In this document: piece after piece, positions 9,018 through 18,210 of the stretch
Layout: each line of letters starts with the position of its first letter
Numbering within the stretch: the stretch's first letter is position 1
NCBI GenBank assembly: GCA_041497195.1
Contig: JBGQGB010000002.1
Coordinates: 108,140-172,139 of the forward strand
Direction: 5' to 3'
From: Candidatus Doudnabacteria bacterium
Lineage (GTDB): Bacteria > Patescibacteriota > Doudnabacteria > UBA920 > 2-01-FULL-46-14
Length of the DNA stretch: 64,000 nucleotides
Program-made: the position numbers and the translations under genes
The notes under the pieces: model-generated
The model's input: only the letters and a program-made list of their open reading frames with translations
What the model was told of the DNA's origin: nothing
The model's database searches: none

Positions 9018-9437
9018 TTGGTTATTCTAGAAATTGAGGATGTAAAAAATATTTGTTATGAGATTGCAAAGGCTCATTTTACTTTCAATGAGCCTTTTCC
9101 GTCTTTTGAATCACGTTATCCAAACAAATTAGAATCTGCTCTTGAAGCTCCAAGAAGGTCGTTCGAGAATAAATTGTTGTATCCTAATATTTGGGAGCAA
9201 GCGGCCGTGCTTTTTTACGAAATTGCCAAGGGCCAGCATCCATTCGTAAATGGGAATAAAAGAATGGCTTGTATTGTAATGCTCACTTTTCTCGCTATTA
9301 ACAACAGGTGGTTACGTTTGACATGGGAGCAATTATACACCATTGCTTATAAGGCAGCCGATTCTCCTGCGAAAGAGAGTGCACTTCAAATTAAAGTTCT
9401 GCAAAGCTATATTAAGCATTATTTAATTGATTTTTGA
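9018..9437 (+). CDS. Death-on-curing (Doc/Fic family) toxin
   Basis: LESALEAP and HPFVNGNKRMA Fic/Doc motif; AT-rich. Confidence 0.9.
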   Translation: MVILEIEDVKNICYEIAKAHFTFNEPFPSFESRYPNKLESALEAPRRSFENKLLYPNIWEQAAVLFYEIAKGQHPFVNGNKRMACIVMLTFLAINNRWLRLTWEQLYTIAYKAADSPAKESALQIKVLQSYIKHYLIDF

Positions 9438-9447
9438 GCAAGATGTC

Positions 9448-10015
9448 GTGACCAAATTCATTCTCCATGGCGGGGCGACGAGACTGCCCTTGCCTGGCAA
9501 TAAACAATTTTTCGCGGAAATAGTAAAGGGTCTTGCACAACCAGTCAAAGTTTTTGCTGGTTTATTTTGCCCGTGAGCCAGCTACTTGGCAGGAGGCATT
9601 TACTGATGACCAGGGCAATTTTGCCGCTGCTGCTCCAGGCCTGAAGATAGAGTTTGTCGTGGCTGATCCTGATCCTGCGAAATTTGCAGAGCAAGCAAAA
9701 TGGGCGGATGTGATTTACGTCCGCGGCGGCAAGACCGTGATGCTCAAAGATGTTTTGAAGAATATTCCTGATTTCAAGGGATTGATTGAGAGAAAGATTT
9801 ACGCTGGCTCGTCAGCAGGAGCAACTGTCCTGGCAAAGCATTATTATTCGACAACTGATGATGTGATCAGAGAGGGCCTCGGAATACTTCCCATCAAAGT
9901 GATGCCCCACTATAATGAGTCAAAGCAGGACAAGCTCGAAGAATTGAAAGGAACCGGTCAAGATTTGCCAATTTACACTATCCGCGAGGGAGAGTATAAA
10001 ATCATAGAAAAATAA
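9448..10015 (+). pseudogene. Peptidase E / S51 family (class I glutamine-amidotransferase-like fold), frameshifted
   Basis: The GTG9448 frame gives MTKFILHGG..FFAEIVKGLAQPVKV then stops. Removing one T from the T5 run at 9551-9555 joins it to LLVYFARE..ADVIYVRGG..YAGSSAGA..MPHY. Confidence 0.7.
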
Positions 10016-10018
10016 CTA

Positions 10019-10849
10019 ATGAGCCGCGAATCCAGAGGTTACAATCCGGAAGAAGAGCAGGTTGGCCCAAAAGAATTTACGCCAAAACGTTTGATGGTGG
10101 CAATGCAGGCGTGGAAAAAAGGAGCGACTAGAGACGTCCAAATTTACGGCAGGGAAAATTTGCAGGAGTTGCCGCGGGAGCGAAAAATAGTGGTTGCAAC
10201 CAGTCATGGAACTGATCTTGATATCCCGTTGACTGTCTACGCCCTTGGCAAGGATCTGGATTTGGCTATCATAAACGAGTCCGTCCATCATGATTTTTTT
10301 GCAGAGCCACCGACCAATTTCGGCATGCGGCTGGCTGGCAAGGAAAATTTCATCCCGATTGACTACAAAGGCCGGGGGGCGCACAAAACGCCCCGAGCTT
10401 TCAATCCGGAAAATTTTGCTCCCATGGCAGAGGCATTGGAGAAGGGTAAGCGTGTGGTGATAGCCGCGCACAATCCCTTGCACAAAGGAGAAACAGAGCC
10501 GAAAGGTCCGGGCTATGGCGCCGCGTATTTGGCGGAGACAAGCGGGGCTGTTATCCTTCCCGTTGCAGTGAGAAAAAAATCTGCAGAAGTCTCGGCTCTC
10601 TATGAGGACGCGTTGAAAAATTTGATGCGCAGGCCTGATATGGACGTCATCATTGGCGCTCCTTTTGAGCTGCCGAAAATCCCGGGCATTGAGGAGATGC
10701 ATGTCATCATGGCCAAGCGGGCGGCAGGCGAGAAACTGGAGCCGCAGGAGCGGCAGCGCTTTTCCGACTTAACAGATCAGCTCAAGCAGCAGGCGCAAAC
10801 CGTTTTGGATAAAGTCTTGGCACTGGGCCAGGAAGGAGAAAACAAATGA
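10019..10849 (+). CDS. Lysophospholipid acyltransferase (PlsC-like) family protein
   Basis: IYGRENL..VVATSHGTDLD (HX4D), GAAYLAETSGAVILPVAV, VIIGAPF. Confidence 0.7.
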   Translation: MSRESRGYNPEEEQVGPKEFTPKRLMVAMQAWKKGATRDVQIYGRENLQELPRERKIVVATSHGTDLDIPLTVYALGKDLDLAIINESVHHDFFAEPPTNFGMRLAGKENFIPIDYKGRGAHKTPRAFNPENFAPMAEALEKGKRVVIAAHNPLHKGETEPKGPGYGAAYLAETSGAVILPVAVRKKSAEVSALYEDALKNLMRRPDMDVIIGAPFELPKIPGIEEMHVIMAKRAAGEKLEPQERQRFSDLTDQLKQQAQTVLDKVLALGQEGENK

Positions 10850-11781
10850 AAGCAGCGAGATTAGTCAAATACGGCGGGGATGACGCGGTCGAGATTCAGG
10901 AGGTAGACAAACCAGTCGTGGGGCCAGGCAAAGTCCTGGTCGAAGTGTATGCAGCCGGGGTCAATCCTTTTGATTTGACCGTAAAATCCGGCTCGGCGCG
11001 GTCTTACCTCAAGCTCGTTTTGCCGACCACGATCGGGCTTGATTTTTCGGGGGTAATAGCAGAGGTCGGCGAGGGCGTGGGCAATTACAAAGTCGGGGAT
11101 CAGGTTTTCGGCGGGGCCGGAATTTTTTCCGGAGGGTCTTTTGCAGAGTTTACGCTGGCGGATAAGGACGCGATCGCCGCAAAGCCCAAAAATTTGAGCC
11201 ATGTCGAGGCCGGTAGCCTGCCGCTCGCCGGGTCGGCTGCCTGGCAGGCAATGGTCGAACATGTCGGTCTTAGAAGCGGCAAGAAAATCCTCATCCACGG
11301 AGGGGCCGGAGGCATCGGCAGTCTTGCTATCCAGATCGCCAAGCATCTCGGTGCGTATGTCGCGACCACGGTCAGCGCGGAAGATATGGAGTATGTCAAA
11401 GCTCTTGGGGCAGACGAGCCGATTGATTACAAGAGCCAGAAGTTCGAAGACCTGATTCACGACTATGATGCGGTTTTCGATACCGTCGCAGGGGAGACGT
11501 ACAAGCGCTCCTACCAGGTCCTCAAAAAAGGCGGCATCATCGTGTCGATGATCGAGAAGCCGGATGAGGAGCTTATGAAAAAATACGGGGTCCAGGCCAT
11601 CGCACAGAAAACCAAAAGCAATTCCGCGCACCTCGAAGCAGTGGCCAAGCTGGTGGAGGAGGGCGTTCTCAAATCCCAGGTCGACAAAGTATTTCCGCTA
11701 TCAGAGACAGCCGCAGCGCTGGCGTATCTGGAAAAAAGCCATACCAGAGGCAAAGTCGTGATCAAGGTCAAAGAAGGCTAA
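10846..11781 (+). CDS. NADP-dependent oxidoreductase (MDR/quinone-reductase-like)
   Basis: AAGVNPFD, GLDFSGV, ILIHGGAGGIGS, HTRGKVVI. Confidence 0.9.
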   Translation: MKAARLVKYGGDDAVEIQEVDKPVVGPGKVLVEVYAAGVNPFDLTVKSGSARSYLKLVLPTTIGLDFSGVIAEVGEGVGNYKVGDQVFGGAGIFSGGSFAEFTLADKDAIAAKPKNLSHVEAGSLPLAGSAAWQAMVEHVGLRSGKKILIHGGAGGIGSLAIQIAKHLGAYVATTVSAEDMEYVKALGADEPIDYKSQKFEDLIHDYDAVFDTVAGETYKRSYQVLKKGGIIVSMIEKPDEELMKKYGVQAIAQKTKSNSAHLEAVAKLVEEGVLKSQVDKVFPLSETAAALAYLEKSHTRGKVVIKVKEG

Positions 11782-11810
11782 AGTTTGAGCTGGTTCGGGA
11801 TTTTTAAGCA

Positions 11811-11841
11811 GCAGCCCTTTCCGGGCGAGGCTGTTTTTTTT
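11811..11841 (+). terminator. Intrinsic terminator
   Basis: CAGCC..GGCTG followed by T8. Confidence 0.6.
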
Positions 11842-11853
11842 GCGCTCACTGCC

Positions 11854-11882
11854 TTGACGCGTCAGCCCAGTTATGGTATCTT
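11854..11882 (+). promoter_or_regulatory. Sigma70-like promoter
   Basis: TTGACG-17 nt-TATCTT with TG extension. Confidence 0.55.
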
Positions 11883-11938
11883 TTGCTGTTACTGATTTTT
11901 GTTTGTCGGCAATATTTCTAGCCCAAAAGGAGGGCAAA

Positions 11939-12796
11939 ATGAATTGGAAGAGTTGTTTTTTGTTGTTTGTTGCAGCAGTTTCTTTGCTTTGTCCTGGCAC
12001 TACTGTGGCGCGGAGCAAACCTTCGGCAGGTAAGGATTCGAGATCCTCGACACCTGTCAGATACGTGATTGACGAAGGCGGCGGCGTTCTCATCATTTCA
12101 CTTAACGTTCCAGTATCGTTTGCTGGTACAAGGGCAATCGAATTCACTGAATCAGGTCGGTTAGACCGGACAGATTCTATGGTCGATTTGACCGGTTATG
12201 ACCTCCTAGAGACTGACCTAGGCCGTAAGTTGTCCAAGATCCGTGGCATCCGCAGTCTGTACATGTCCCTGTATCATATTACGATTGTGATCGAAGTCAG
12301 TCGCCCGGCTGACTGGTACTTTGTCAGGTCGAAAGTCTTGCAAATTCTCCTGAACTCTCTCCGGGTCCACGGATACAAGAATATCGCCCAGATTGAACCC
12401 GGCGATGACCTCGTACCATGCTCAAAAAAAGCCCCGAGAGGTTTTGTAGAAGGCGACGGCAACTCGTCTCACGAGCAGCTCGTGTGGATCGAGTGCACTA
12501 CGCTGCCCAGTCAAATGTTAATCCATACCAATTTCAATCTCCTGGATTCGGACAGGGAGCGAGTCGAAATCCACTTTAATGAGATTTATCGCGGAGGGGA
12601 TTGGTCGCGCGACGATCTGGTACATCTGGGTCGGATCCGTGGGATTGAGTGGGTTAGAGTCAGGGAAAAGGAAATAGAATTCACCAAGGGAGACGCATTT
12701 TCCTGGAGCGATGTTGGGGTTTGCGTTATAGAGGTTTTTCGGGCGCTATTTCCCAAAAGCCGCTTGGTCACAGAAGTCCCTGATTCGGCAAACTAA
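11939..12796 (+). CDS. Putative exported hypothetical protein with two Nfu/NifU-N-terminal-like repeats
   Basis: AAGGAGG SD; signal-peptide-like N-terminus; LSKIRGIRSLYMSLYHITI..ADW..V and LGRIRGIEWVRVREKEIEFTKGDAFSWSDV. Confidence 0.5.
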   Translation: MNWKSCFLLFVAAVSLLCPGTTVARSKPSAGKDSRSSTPVRYVIDEGGGVLIISLNVPVSFAGTRAIEFTESGRLDRTDSMVDLTGYDLLETDLGRKLSKIRGIRSLYMSLYHITIVIEVSRPADWYFVRSKVLQILLNSLRVHGYKNIAQIEPGDDLVPCSKKAPRGFVEGDGNSSHEQLVWIECTTLPSQMLIHTNFNLLDSDRERVEIHFNEIYRGGDWSRDDLVHLGRIRGIEWVRVREKEIEFTKGDAFSWSDVGVCVIEVFRALFPKSRLVTEVPDSAN

Positions 12797-12816
12797 ACAT
12801 CAAGAGCCAGTTTTCG

Positions 12817-12852
12817 AAAGTGCAGAGGAGACGCTCTCTTCTGCACTTTTTT
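12817..12852 (+). terminator. Intrinsic terminator
   Basis: AAAGTGCAGAGGAG..CTCTTCTGCACTTTTTT. Confidence 0.75.
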
Positions 12853-12910
12853 GTTTGCAAAAATCGCTTATGATGCTAATATAGAGTCGTATAATTTTAG
12901 AGGGAATGAC

Positions 12911-13396
12911 ATGGAAACTGCACAGCCAAAAAAGCTCTATCGTTCGCGGACAGACCGGGTGATTGCCGGCGTGTGTGGCGGCTTGGGCGAGTATTTTGAG
13001 ATAGACCCGATTATTTTTCGCGGGGTTTTTATTTTGCTATGTTTGCCCGGGGGCTTCGGATTTTTATTTTATCTATTGCTGACAGTCATCGTGCCGCGGA
13101 GCCCTGGCGACGTGGTCGTCGAAGGGAGCCGGAAAGAGGAGTTCCGAGGCATGGCGTATGGCATGAAGGATCATTTGAATGATTTGGCGCACAAGATCAG
13201 GGAAAGTGACAATTGGTTTTCAGGTCGGCGGAACGTGGTCGGCTTGATCATCGTCATTGTCGGGCTGTTTTTGTTCGTTCAGCAGATATTTCCCTTCCGG
13301 TGGTTTCACTGGAATTTTTTCTGGCCTGTACTTTTGATAGTTTTCGGCGTGCTCATTTTGACTAAACACGAAAGGCACAATCATGGAAACCACTGA
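12911..13396 (+). CDS. PspC domain membrane protein
   Basis: KKLYRSRTDRVIAGVCGGLGEYFEIDP; C-terminal FFWPVLLIVFG TM hairpin. Confidence 0.9.
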   Translation: METAQPKKLYRSRTDRVIAGVCGGLGEYFEIDPIIFRGVFILLCLPGGFGFLFYLLLTVIVPRSPGDVVVEGSRKEEFRGMAYGMKDHLNDLAHKIRESDNWFSGRRNVVGLIIVIVGLFLFVQQIFPFRWFHWNFFWPVLLIVFGVLILTKHERHNHGNH

Positions 13397-14393
13397 GGGG
13401 CCAATGATGCCACCAGAGAACCAGCAGGGCTTTCACCAAGAGAGTGGGCAGCCAAAAGAAACAGTCAAAGAAATCCACCATCACCATTATGATGACGGAC
13501 GTCCGCACGGATATTTTGGCCGGTTGTTTTGGGGACTGCTCATCATCTTCATCGGCTTGCTGTTTCTGGCGCAAAATAGCGGCTGGGTGGTAGGGATTGA
13601 CCTAGGCGCGCTTTTGGCCAAGATCTGGCCGCTGTTTATAGGTTTCCTCGGATTGTCTATCTTGAGCCGCGGCGGCTGGATTGGAGGCATTATCACTGGC
13701 CTCGGCACGCTTCTGGTCTTTGGGCTGTTATTTTTTGCCATCTTCGGGTCAACTCCTACCAGCAGCGAAGTCACCACCAAAACCTTTACTGTGCCGAAAG
13801 AAGCCGGAGTGCAGGGCAGCGAGGTAAGTATCAAGGCTGGAGCAGGCAAACTCACCATCCACGGCGGCGGTAGCGACGTCGTCTCCGGGAGTCTGCAAAC
13901 CAACTTTCTGGAAATGCATACTTTCAGCAACGTCGAGTCAGGCGTGCAAAAAGTCAGACTGGAGAGCGACAATACTTTTCATTTTTTCAGCCTCCGGAAC
14001 GTCAACAATCTGGATATGGCTGTCAATAACGATTTGCCGATCAAGCTTGATATCGACGCAGGCGCCTCGGATGTGCAAATAGATCTCTCGGACGTGCCAG
14101 TGCAGCTGCTGAATCTCAACAGCGGAGCGTCCAACATCAATATCTCCCTCGGCGACAAATTTGCCGCCTCCGCTGTGGTCATCCGCGCCGGGGCTAGTGC
14201 GCTCCATATCAAAGTGCCGAAAGACGTGGGCGCGCGTTTGTCCGTGGATACGGGCTTGTCTTCCAAGAATTTTACGGATTTCAAGCAAATAGACAGCCGC
14301 ACTTACGAATCAAACAATTATGCTACCGCGGCCAAGAAGATTGACATCACAATCGACGCGGGCGCCAGCAGTCTGAACGTGGATTGGAGATAG
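13383..14393 (+). CDS. LiaF/DUF5668-type TM domain fused to a beta-repeat ('toast rack'-like) domain
   Basis: WGLLIIFIGLLFL..KIWPLF; repeated (A/S)GAS units. Confidence 0.7.
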   Translation: METTEGPMMPPENQQGFHQESGQPKETVKEIHHHHYDDGRPHGYFGRLFWGLLIIFIGLLFLAQNSGWVVGIDLGALLAKIWPLFIGFLGLSILSRGGWIGGIITGLGTLLVFGLLFFAIFGSTPTSSEVTTKTFTVPKEAGVQGSEVSIKAGAGKLTIHGGGSDVVSGSLQTNFLEMHTFSNVESGVQKVRLESDNTFHFFSLRNVNNLDMAVNNDLPIKLDIDAGASDVQIDLSDVPVQLLNLNSGASNINISLGDKFAASAVVIRAGASALHIKVPKDVGARLSVDTGLSSKNFTDFKQIDSRTYESNNYATAAKKIDITIDAGASSLNVDWR

Positions 14394-14525
14394 TCGGGTT
14401 TTGATAGAAGCATCGTGAGATTGCCATGGCTGGGTTTGTTTTTTTGTGCTACTATTGTTTCAATAGGGAAGGGAGACAATCCCAAATAAAAGCTGGATGC
14501 AGCTGTTTTTTAAATATTTTTTTTA

Positions 14526-15176
14526 ATGAGCGAAGCTATTCCGGGCACCGTAGATTTGCCAGTTGCCAAAAGAATATTCGACGTCGCAGTTAGCATTGTA
14601 CTTCTGATTTTGGCGTCACCTTTTATGCTCCTTATTATCTTTTCAATGGTTGTGGAGGGGATACTTGATTCAGCAGCCAGAGGCTCCTTGTTCTACTCGG
14701 AAATCAGGATTTCACAAGGGCACCCGTTCAATCTGTATAAATTTCGGATTTTCAAAATGTCCTCTCTCAAAGCAGCTTGGTATAGAGACCATTTTATCCA
14801 CACGAAGGCGCTCGAACAAGACTCTGCCAACCTCACTCGCGTGGGACGCATACTCAAACAGAGCTATATGGACGAACTGCCTCAGCTCTTCAATGTCCTG
14901 CTCGGGGATATGACACTGGTGGGCCCTCGACCGACTAATGCAGAGAACGCTAGTAAATGGCTCCAAGAGCGCAAATATTCCAAGCAGATTTTCAAAGCCG
15001 GCCTGCCCGGATATTTTCAGTCACACAAAGGGTTAAAGCTGAAACAAAACCAGGATGAGATAGATATGCAATATATAGAGTTTTGCCAGATAGCCTCAGG
15101 CTATGAGATTTTGTGGTATGATGTGAAAATACTTTTGCTCTCTTTGCTTACGGTTTTGCGCCGAGAGGGAGTCTAA
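14526..15176 (+). CDS. Bacterial sugar transferase (priming phosphoglycosyl transferase)
   Basis: KRIFD, YKFR, DELPQLFNVLLGDMTLVGPRP. Confidence 0.85.
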   Translation: MSEAIPGTVDLPVAKRIFDVAVSIVLLILASPFMLLIIFSMVVEGILDSAARGSLFYSEIRISQGHPFNLYKFRIFKMSSLKAAWYRDHFIHTKALEQDSANLTRVGRILKQSYMDELPQLFNVLLGDMTLVGPRPTNAENASKWLQERKYSKQIFKAGLPGYFQSHKGLKLKQNQDEIDMQYIEFCQIASGYEILWYDVKILLLSLLTVLRREGV

Positions 15177-15200
15177 TAAATTAAAAAGCGATTGGAATAA

Positions 15201-16013
15201 ATGTCGAAACAAGAAAACATTATTGAAGTCAAAAATTTAACAAAAAAATTCGGCGGTTTCAAAGCTGTCGACAATATCTCGTTTGAGGTCAAAACAGGAG
15301 AAATTTTTGCGTTTCTGGGTCCAAATGGGGCGGGCAAGTCGACAACCATAAAAATGCTGACCACACTTTTGCACCCGAGCGGGGGAAGCATTGAGCTGAA
15401 TGGCCATAACCCCGCCCAGGACCCGAGCGCGGTCCGTCGTTCTTTCGGGATTGTGTTTCAAGATCCAAGTTTGGATGATGAACTAACGGCTTGGGAGAAT
15501 ATGGAATTCCACGGCGTGCTCTATGGCGTGGCCAAACCATTGCGCCGGCAGCGCATTGACGAGCTGTTGAAGTTCGTCGAGCTGTCAGACCGCAAGGATA
15601 GTTTGGTCAAAGAATTTTCCGGGGGCATGAAACGAAGGCTGGAAATTGCCCGTGGGCTGCTCCACCACCCCAAAGTCCTGTTTCTGGACGAACCGACCCT
15701 CGGCCTTGACCCGCAGACCAGAAATCACATGTGGGCCTATCTGCAAGATCTGAACAAATCCGAAGGTATCACTGTATTTTTCACGACCCACTATATGGAG
15801 GAAGCAAGCCGTATTGCCCAGCGGATCGCCATTATTGACCACGGAAAAATTATTTCATCCGGCACTTCGAAGGAGCTGCAAGACCAAACCCAGACTGCTT
15901 CTTTGGAAGATGCGTTTTTAAAATTAACAGGCAATGTCATCCGCGATGAGGAAGCCAACGCCGTCGACCGTCTGCGCACGTTCCGGCAATTTCGAGGCGG
16001 AGGGCGGAGATAA
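15201..16013 (+). CDS. ABC-2/DrrA-type exporter ATP-binding protein
   Basis: GPNGAGKST, FSGGMKRR, LFLDEPT, TTHYMEEA. Confidence 0.95.
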   Translation: MSKQENIIEVKNLTKKFGGFKAVDNISFEVKTGEIFAFLGPNGAGKSTTIKMLTTLLHPSGGSIELNGHNPAQDPSAVRRSFGIVFQDPSLDDELTAWENMEFHGVLYGVAKPLRRQRIDELLKFVELSDRKDSLVKEFSGGMKRRLEIARGLLHHPKVLFLDEPTLGLDPQTRNHMWAYLQDLNKSEGITVFFTTHYMEEASRIAQRIAIIDHGKIISSGTSKELQDQTQTASLEDAFLKLTGNVIRDEEANAVDRLRTFRQFRGGGRR

Positions 16014-16017
16014 ATTT

Positions 16018-16764
16018 ATGAAAACCATATACATCATGTGGCTGCGGGAACTCAAGCGGTATTTCCGCTCAAAGTCCCGGATTGTCGGCTCCCTTGGCCA
16101 GCCTCTCTTGTTTTTGCTTGCCCTAGGCTATGGCTTGGGCTCGGTATTTCAAAAAGCCGGCCAGGGCAATTATATTAATTTTTTAGCACCCGGGATCATC
16201 GGCATGACCATTATCTTCACTTCCATTTTTTCTGGAATCCAAATTATCTGGGATCGCCAGTTCGGTTTCTTAAAAGAAACGATGGTCGCCCCGGTATCTC
16301 GTTTTAACATCATGATCGGCCGAACGCTCGGCGGCGCCACTATTGCTACTTTTCAGGGGATCATTGTCTTTTTACTCGCCTTGATCCCGGGTTTCAGGCC
16401 GTATAATTGGGTGTTAGTTTTGCCGGCAATCTTGGTGATGCTGCTGGTGGGGTTGTTGTTTACCGCCCTGGGTACGGCGATTGCGTCTCAGCTCGAAGAT
16501 ATGCAGGGCTTTCAACTCATCATGAATTTTCTGGTGATGCCTTTGTTTTTTCTCTCCGGCGCGCTTTTCCCATTATCCGGATTGCCGAAGGTTCTCGGAG
16601 TTATCACGAATATTGACCCACTCTCGTACGGGATTGACGCGTTCCGGATATTGTTTGTAAATTTGGGCCATTTTAGTCTGGGCTTGGACATAGCAGTTCT
16701 CGCCGGGGTGACTTTGTTATTTCTTACCTTAGGCAGCTATCTGTTTTCCAAGATCCAGATTTAG
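16018..16764 (+). CDS. ABC-2 type exporter permease
   Basis: FLAPGIIGM, WDRQFGFLKETMVAP, FFLSGALFP, DPLSYGID. Confidence 0.93.
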   Translation: MKTIYIMWLRELKRYFRSKSRIVGSLGQPLLFLLALGYGLGSVFQKAGQGNYINFLAPGIIGMTIIFTSIFSGIQIIWDRQFGFLKETMVAPVSRFNIMIGRTLGGATIATFQGIIVFLLALIPGFRPYNWVLVLPAILVMLLVGLLFTALGTAIASQLEDMQGFQLIMNFLVMPLFFLSGALFPLSGLPKVLGVITNIDPLSYGIDAFRILFVNLGHFSLGLDIAVLAGVTLLFLTLGSYLFSKIQI

Positions 16765-16836
16765 TTCTCCTCTGTCAAGGCTTCGGAAGGGCAGGCCAAA
16801 AAAACCGGGAGGTTTTTCCCAAGATAACTTTAGAAA

Positions 16837-17061
16837 ATGCGGATTACGGTCGCGGTCAAAGCTAGTTCGAAACGGGAAGAGGTGCGGCAAACTTCCCCTT
16901 TTAGTTTTGTCGTGGCTGTTAGAGAAAGGCCGCGGGAGGGTCGTGCCAACCAGGCGGTGATCGCTGCTTTGGCTGAATATTTTCACGTCGCCCCTTCGGA
17001 AATCGAACTTGTACACGGCGCGAAGGGGCCGCGGAAAATATTTGAAATTCCTAGTGGGTAG
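16837..17061 (+). CDS. DUF167 (YggU) family protein
   Basis: PREGRANQAVIAALAEYF..IELVHG..RKIFEI. Confidence 0.88.
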   Translation: MRITVAVKASSKREEVRQTSPFSFVVAVRERPREGRANQAVIAALAEYFHVAPSEIELVHGAKGPRKIFEIPSG

Positions 17062-17094
17062 CTATCCTTGCGGAAAATGCCATATAATGGCTCC

Positions 17095-17493
17095 ATGGAC
17101 AAAATCGAATTTGAAAATTTGGTCAAAGACGCGATTGCGGACCTGCCAGCGTTTGTTCGAGAAAAAATGGATAACGTCGCTGTAGTCGTGGATGATGCAC
17201 CCAATCCAGAGCAAATGAGCAAAGGCCGAGTGCCTCATGGGCATTTGCTTCTGGGTTTGTATGAAGGAGTGCCGCGAACAAAACGGAATAGTGGTTATAC
17301 CATGGTGTTGCCGGACAAGATTACGATTTTTCAGAATTCGATCGAAGCCGTCGCGTCGACGCCGGAGCTGATGCGCGAGCGGGTCAAAAATACGGTGTGG
17401 CATGAAGTAGCCCATCATTTTGGTTTTGATGAAAATGCAGTGCGCGATCTTGACCGCCGCAGAAAGAGCCGCCCCGAAAGGTCAAGCCCATGA
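17095..17493 (+). CDS. Zincin-like metallopeptidase family protein (DUF1025)
   Basis: LLGLYEGVP, PDKITIF, TVWHEVAHHFG (HEXXH). Confidence 0.88.
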   Translation: MDKIEFENLVKDAIADLPAFVREKMDNVAVVVDDAPNPEQMSKGRVPHGHLLLGLYEGVPRTKRNSGYTMVLPDKITIFQNSIEAVASTPELMRERVKNTVWHEVAHHFGFDENAVRDLDRRRKSRPERSSP

Positions 17494-18200
17494 CTACCGA
17501 AGACCGAATCGCCATCGCCATTCCGACGTACAACGAAAAGGAAAATATCCGGAAACTCGCGGTCACGCTGGTGGACATGTATCCGAGTGCGCGACTTTTC
17601 ATCGTGGATGACAATTCGCCGGACGGGACCGCGGAAGTGGTCCAAGAGCTGGCCTACACGTATCCGGCCATCAGATTGATTTGGCGCGAGCACAAACAGG
17701 GCGCGGCTTCCGCTTGTCTCGACGCATTCGCCAGAATTTTGCCGGACGAAACTTTTGATTATATTGTCACTATGAATGGGGATTTATCCCATAACCCAGC
17801 AGATCTAAAAATCTTGTTCGCTGCAGCCGCGACAAACGACATCGTCATTGGTTCGCGCTATATTGACGGAGGTGGCATTGAGAACCAAAGCTGGTTACGA
17901 CGCGTTTTGAGCAAATGGGGACAAGGCTATGCGCGCGTCGTCACCGGGCTGCCGATTGAGGACCTGACAAGTGGTTACGTTATATATCACCGGGATATTC
18001 TCGGACGGATCTTGATGCAGCTTGTCAGGACCGAGGGATATGCTCATCAGATCGAAATGAAGTATCTCGGCCATAAGTTTGGTGCCCGCATCAAAGAACT
18101 TCCTATCACCTTCAGGGCGCACCATGAGGGAAGCAAAGCGGATTTTCGGATGCTGTGGGAGGGCCTGAAGATGCCGCTTTATTTGCGTTTGTTTGATTAA
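17490..18200 (+). CDS. Polyprenol-phosphate mannose synthase-like GT2 glycosyltransferase
   Basis: IPTYNEKEN, VDDNSPDGT, IGSRY, DLTSGY. Confidence 0.88.
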   Translation: MTTEDRIAIAIPTYNEKENIRKLAVTLVDMYPSARLFIVDDNSPDGTAEVVQELAYTYPAIRLIWREHKQGAASACLDAFARILPDETFDYIVTMNGDLSHNPADLKILFAAAATNDIVIGSRYIDGGGIENQSWLRRVLSKWGQGYARVVTGLPIEDLTSGYVIYHRDILGRILMQLVRTEGYAHQIEMKYLGHKFGARIKELPITFRAHHEGSKADFRMLWEGLKMPLYLRLFD

Positions 18201-18210
18201 ATCCGCTGTA

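Noticed and set aside
10016-11631. Long minus-strand ORFs (228 aa and 256 aa)
   Set aside because: Antisense shadows of well-supported plus-strand genes; no motifs.
16771-16800. SRP (4.5S) RNA suggested by CGGAAGG-GCAG
   Set aside because: It lacks the upstream CAGG internal loop and the long closing helix.
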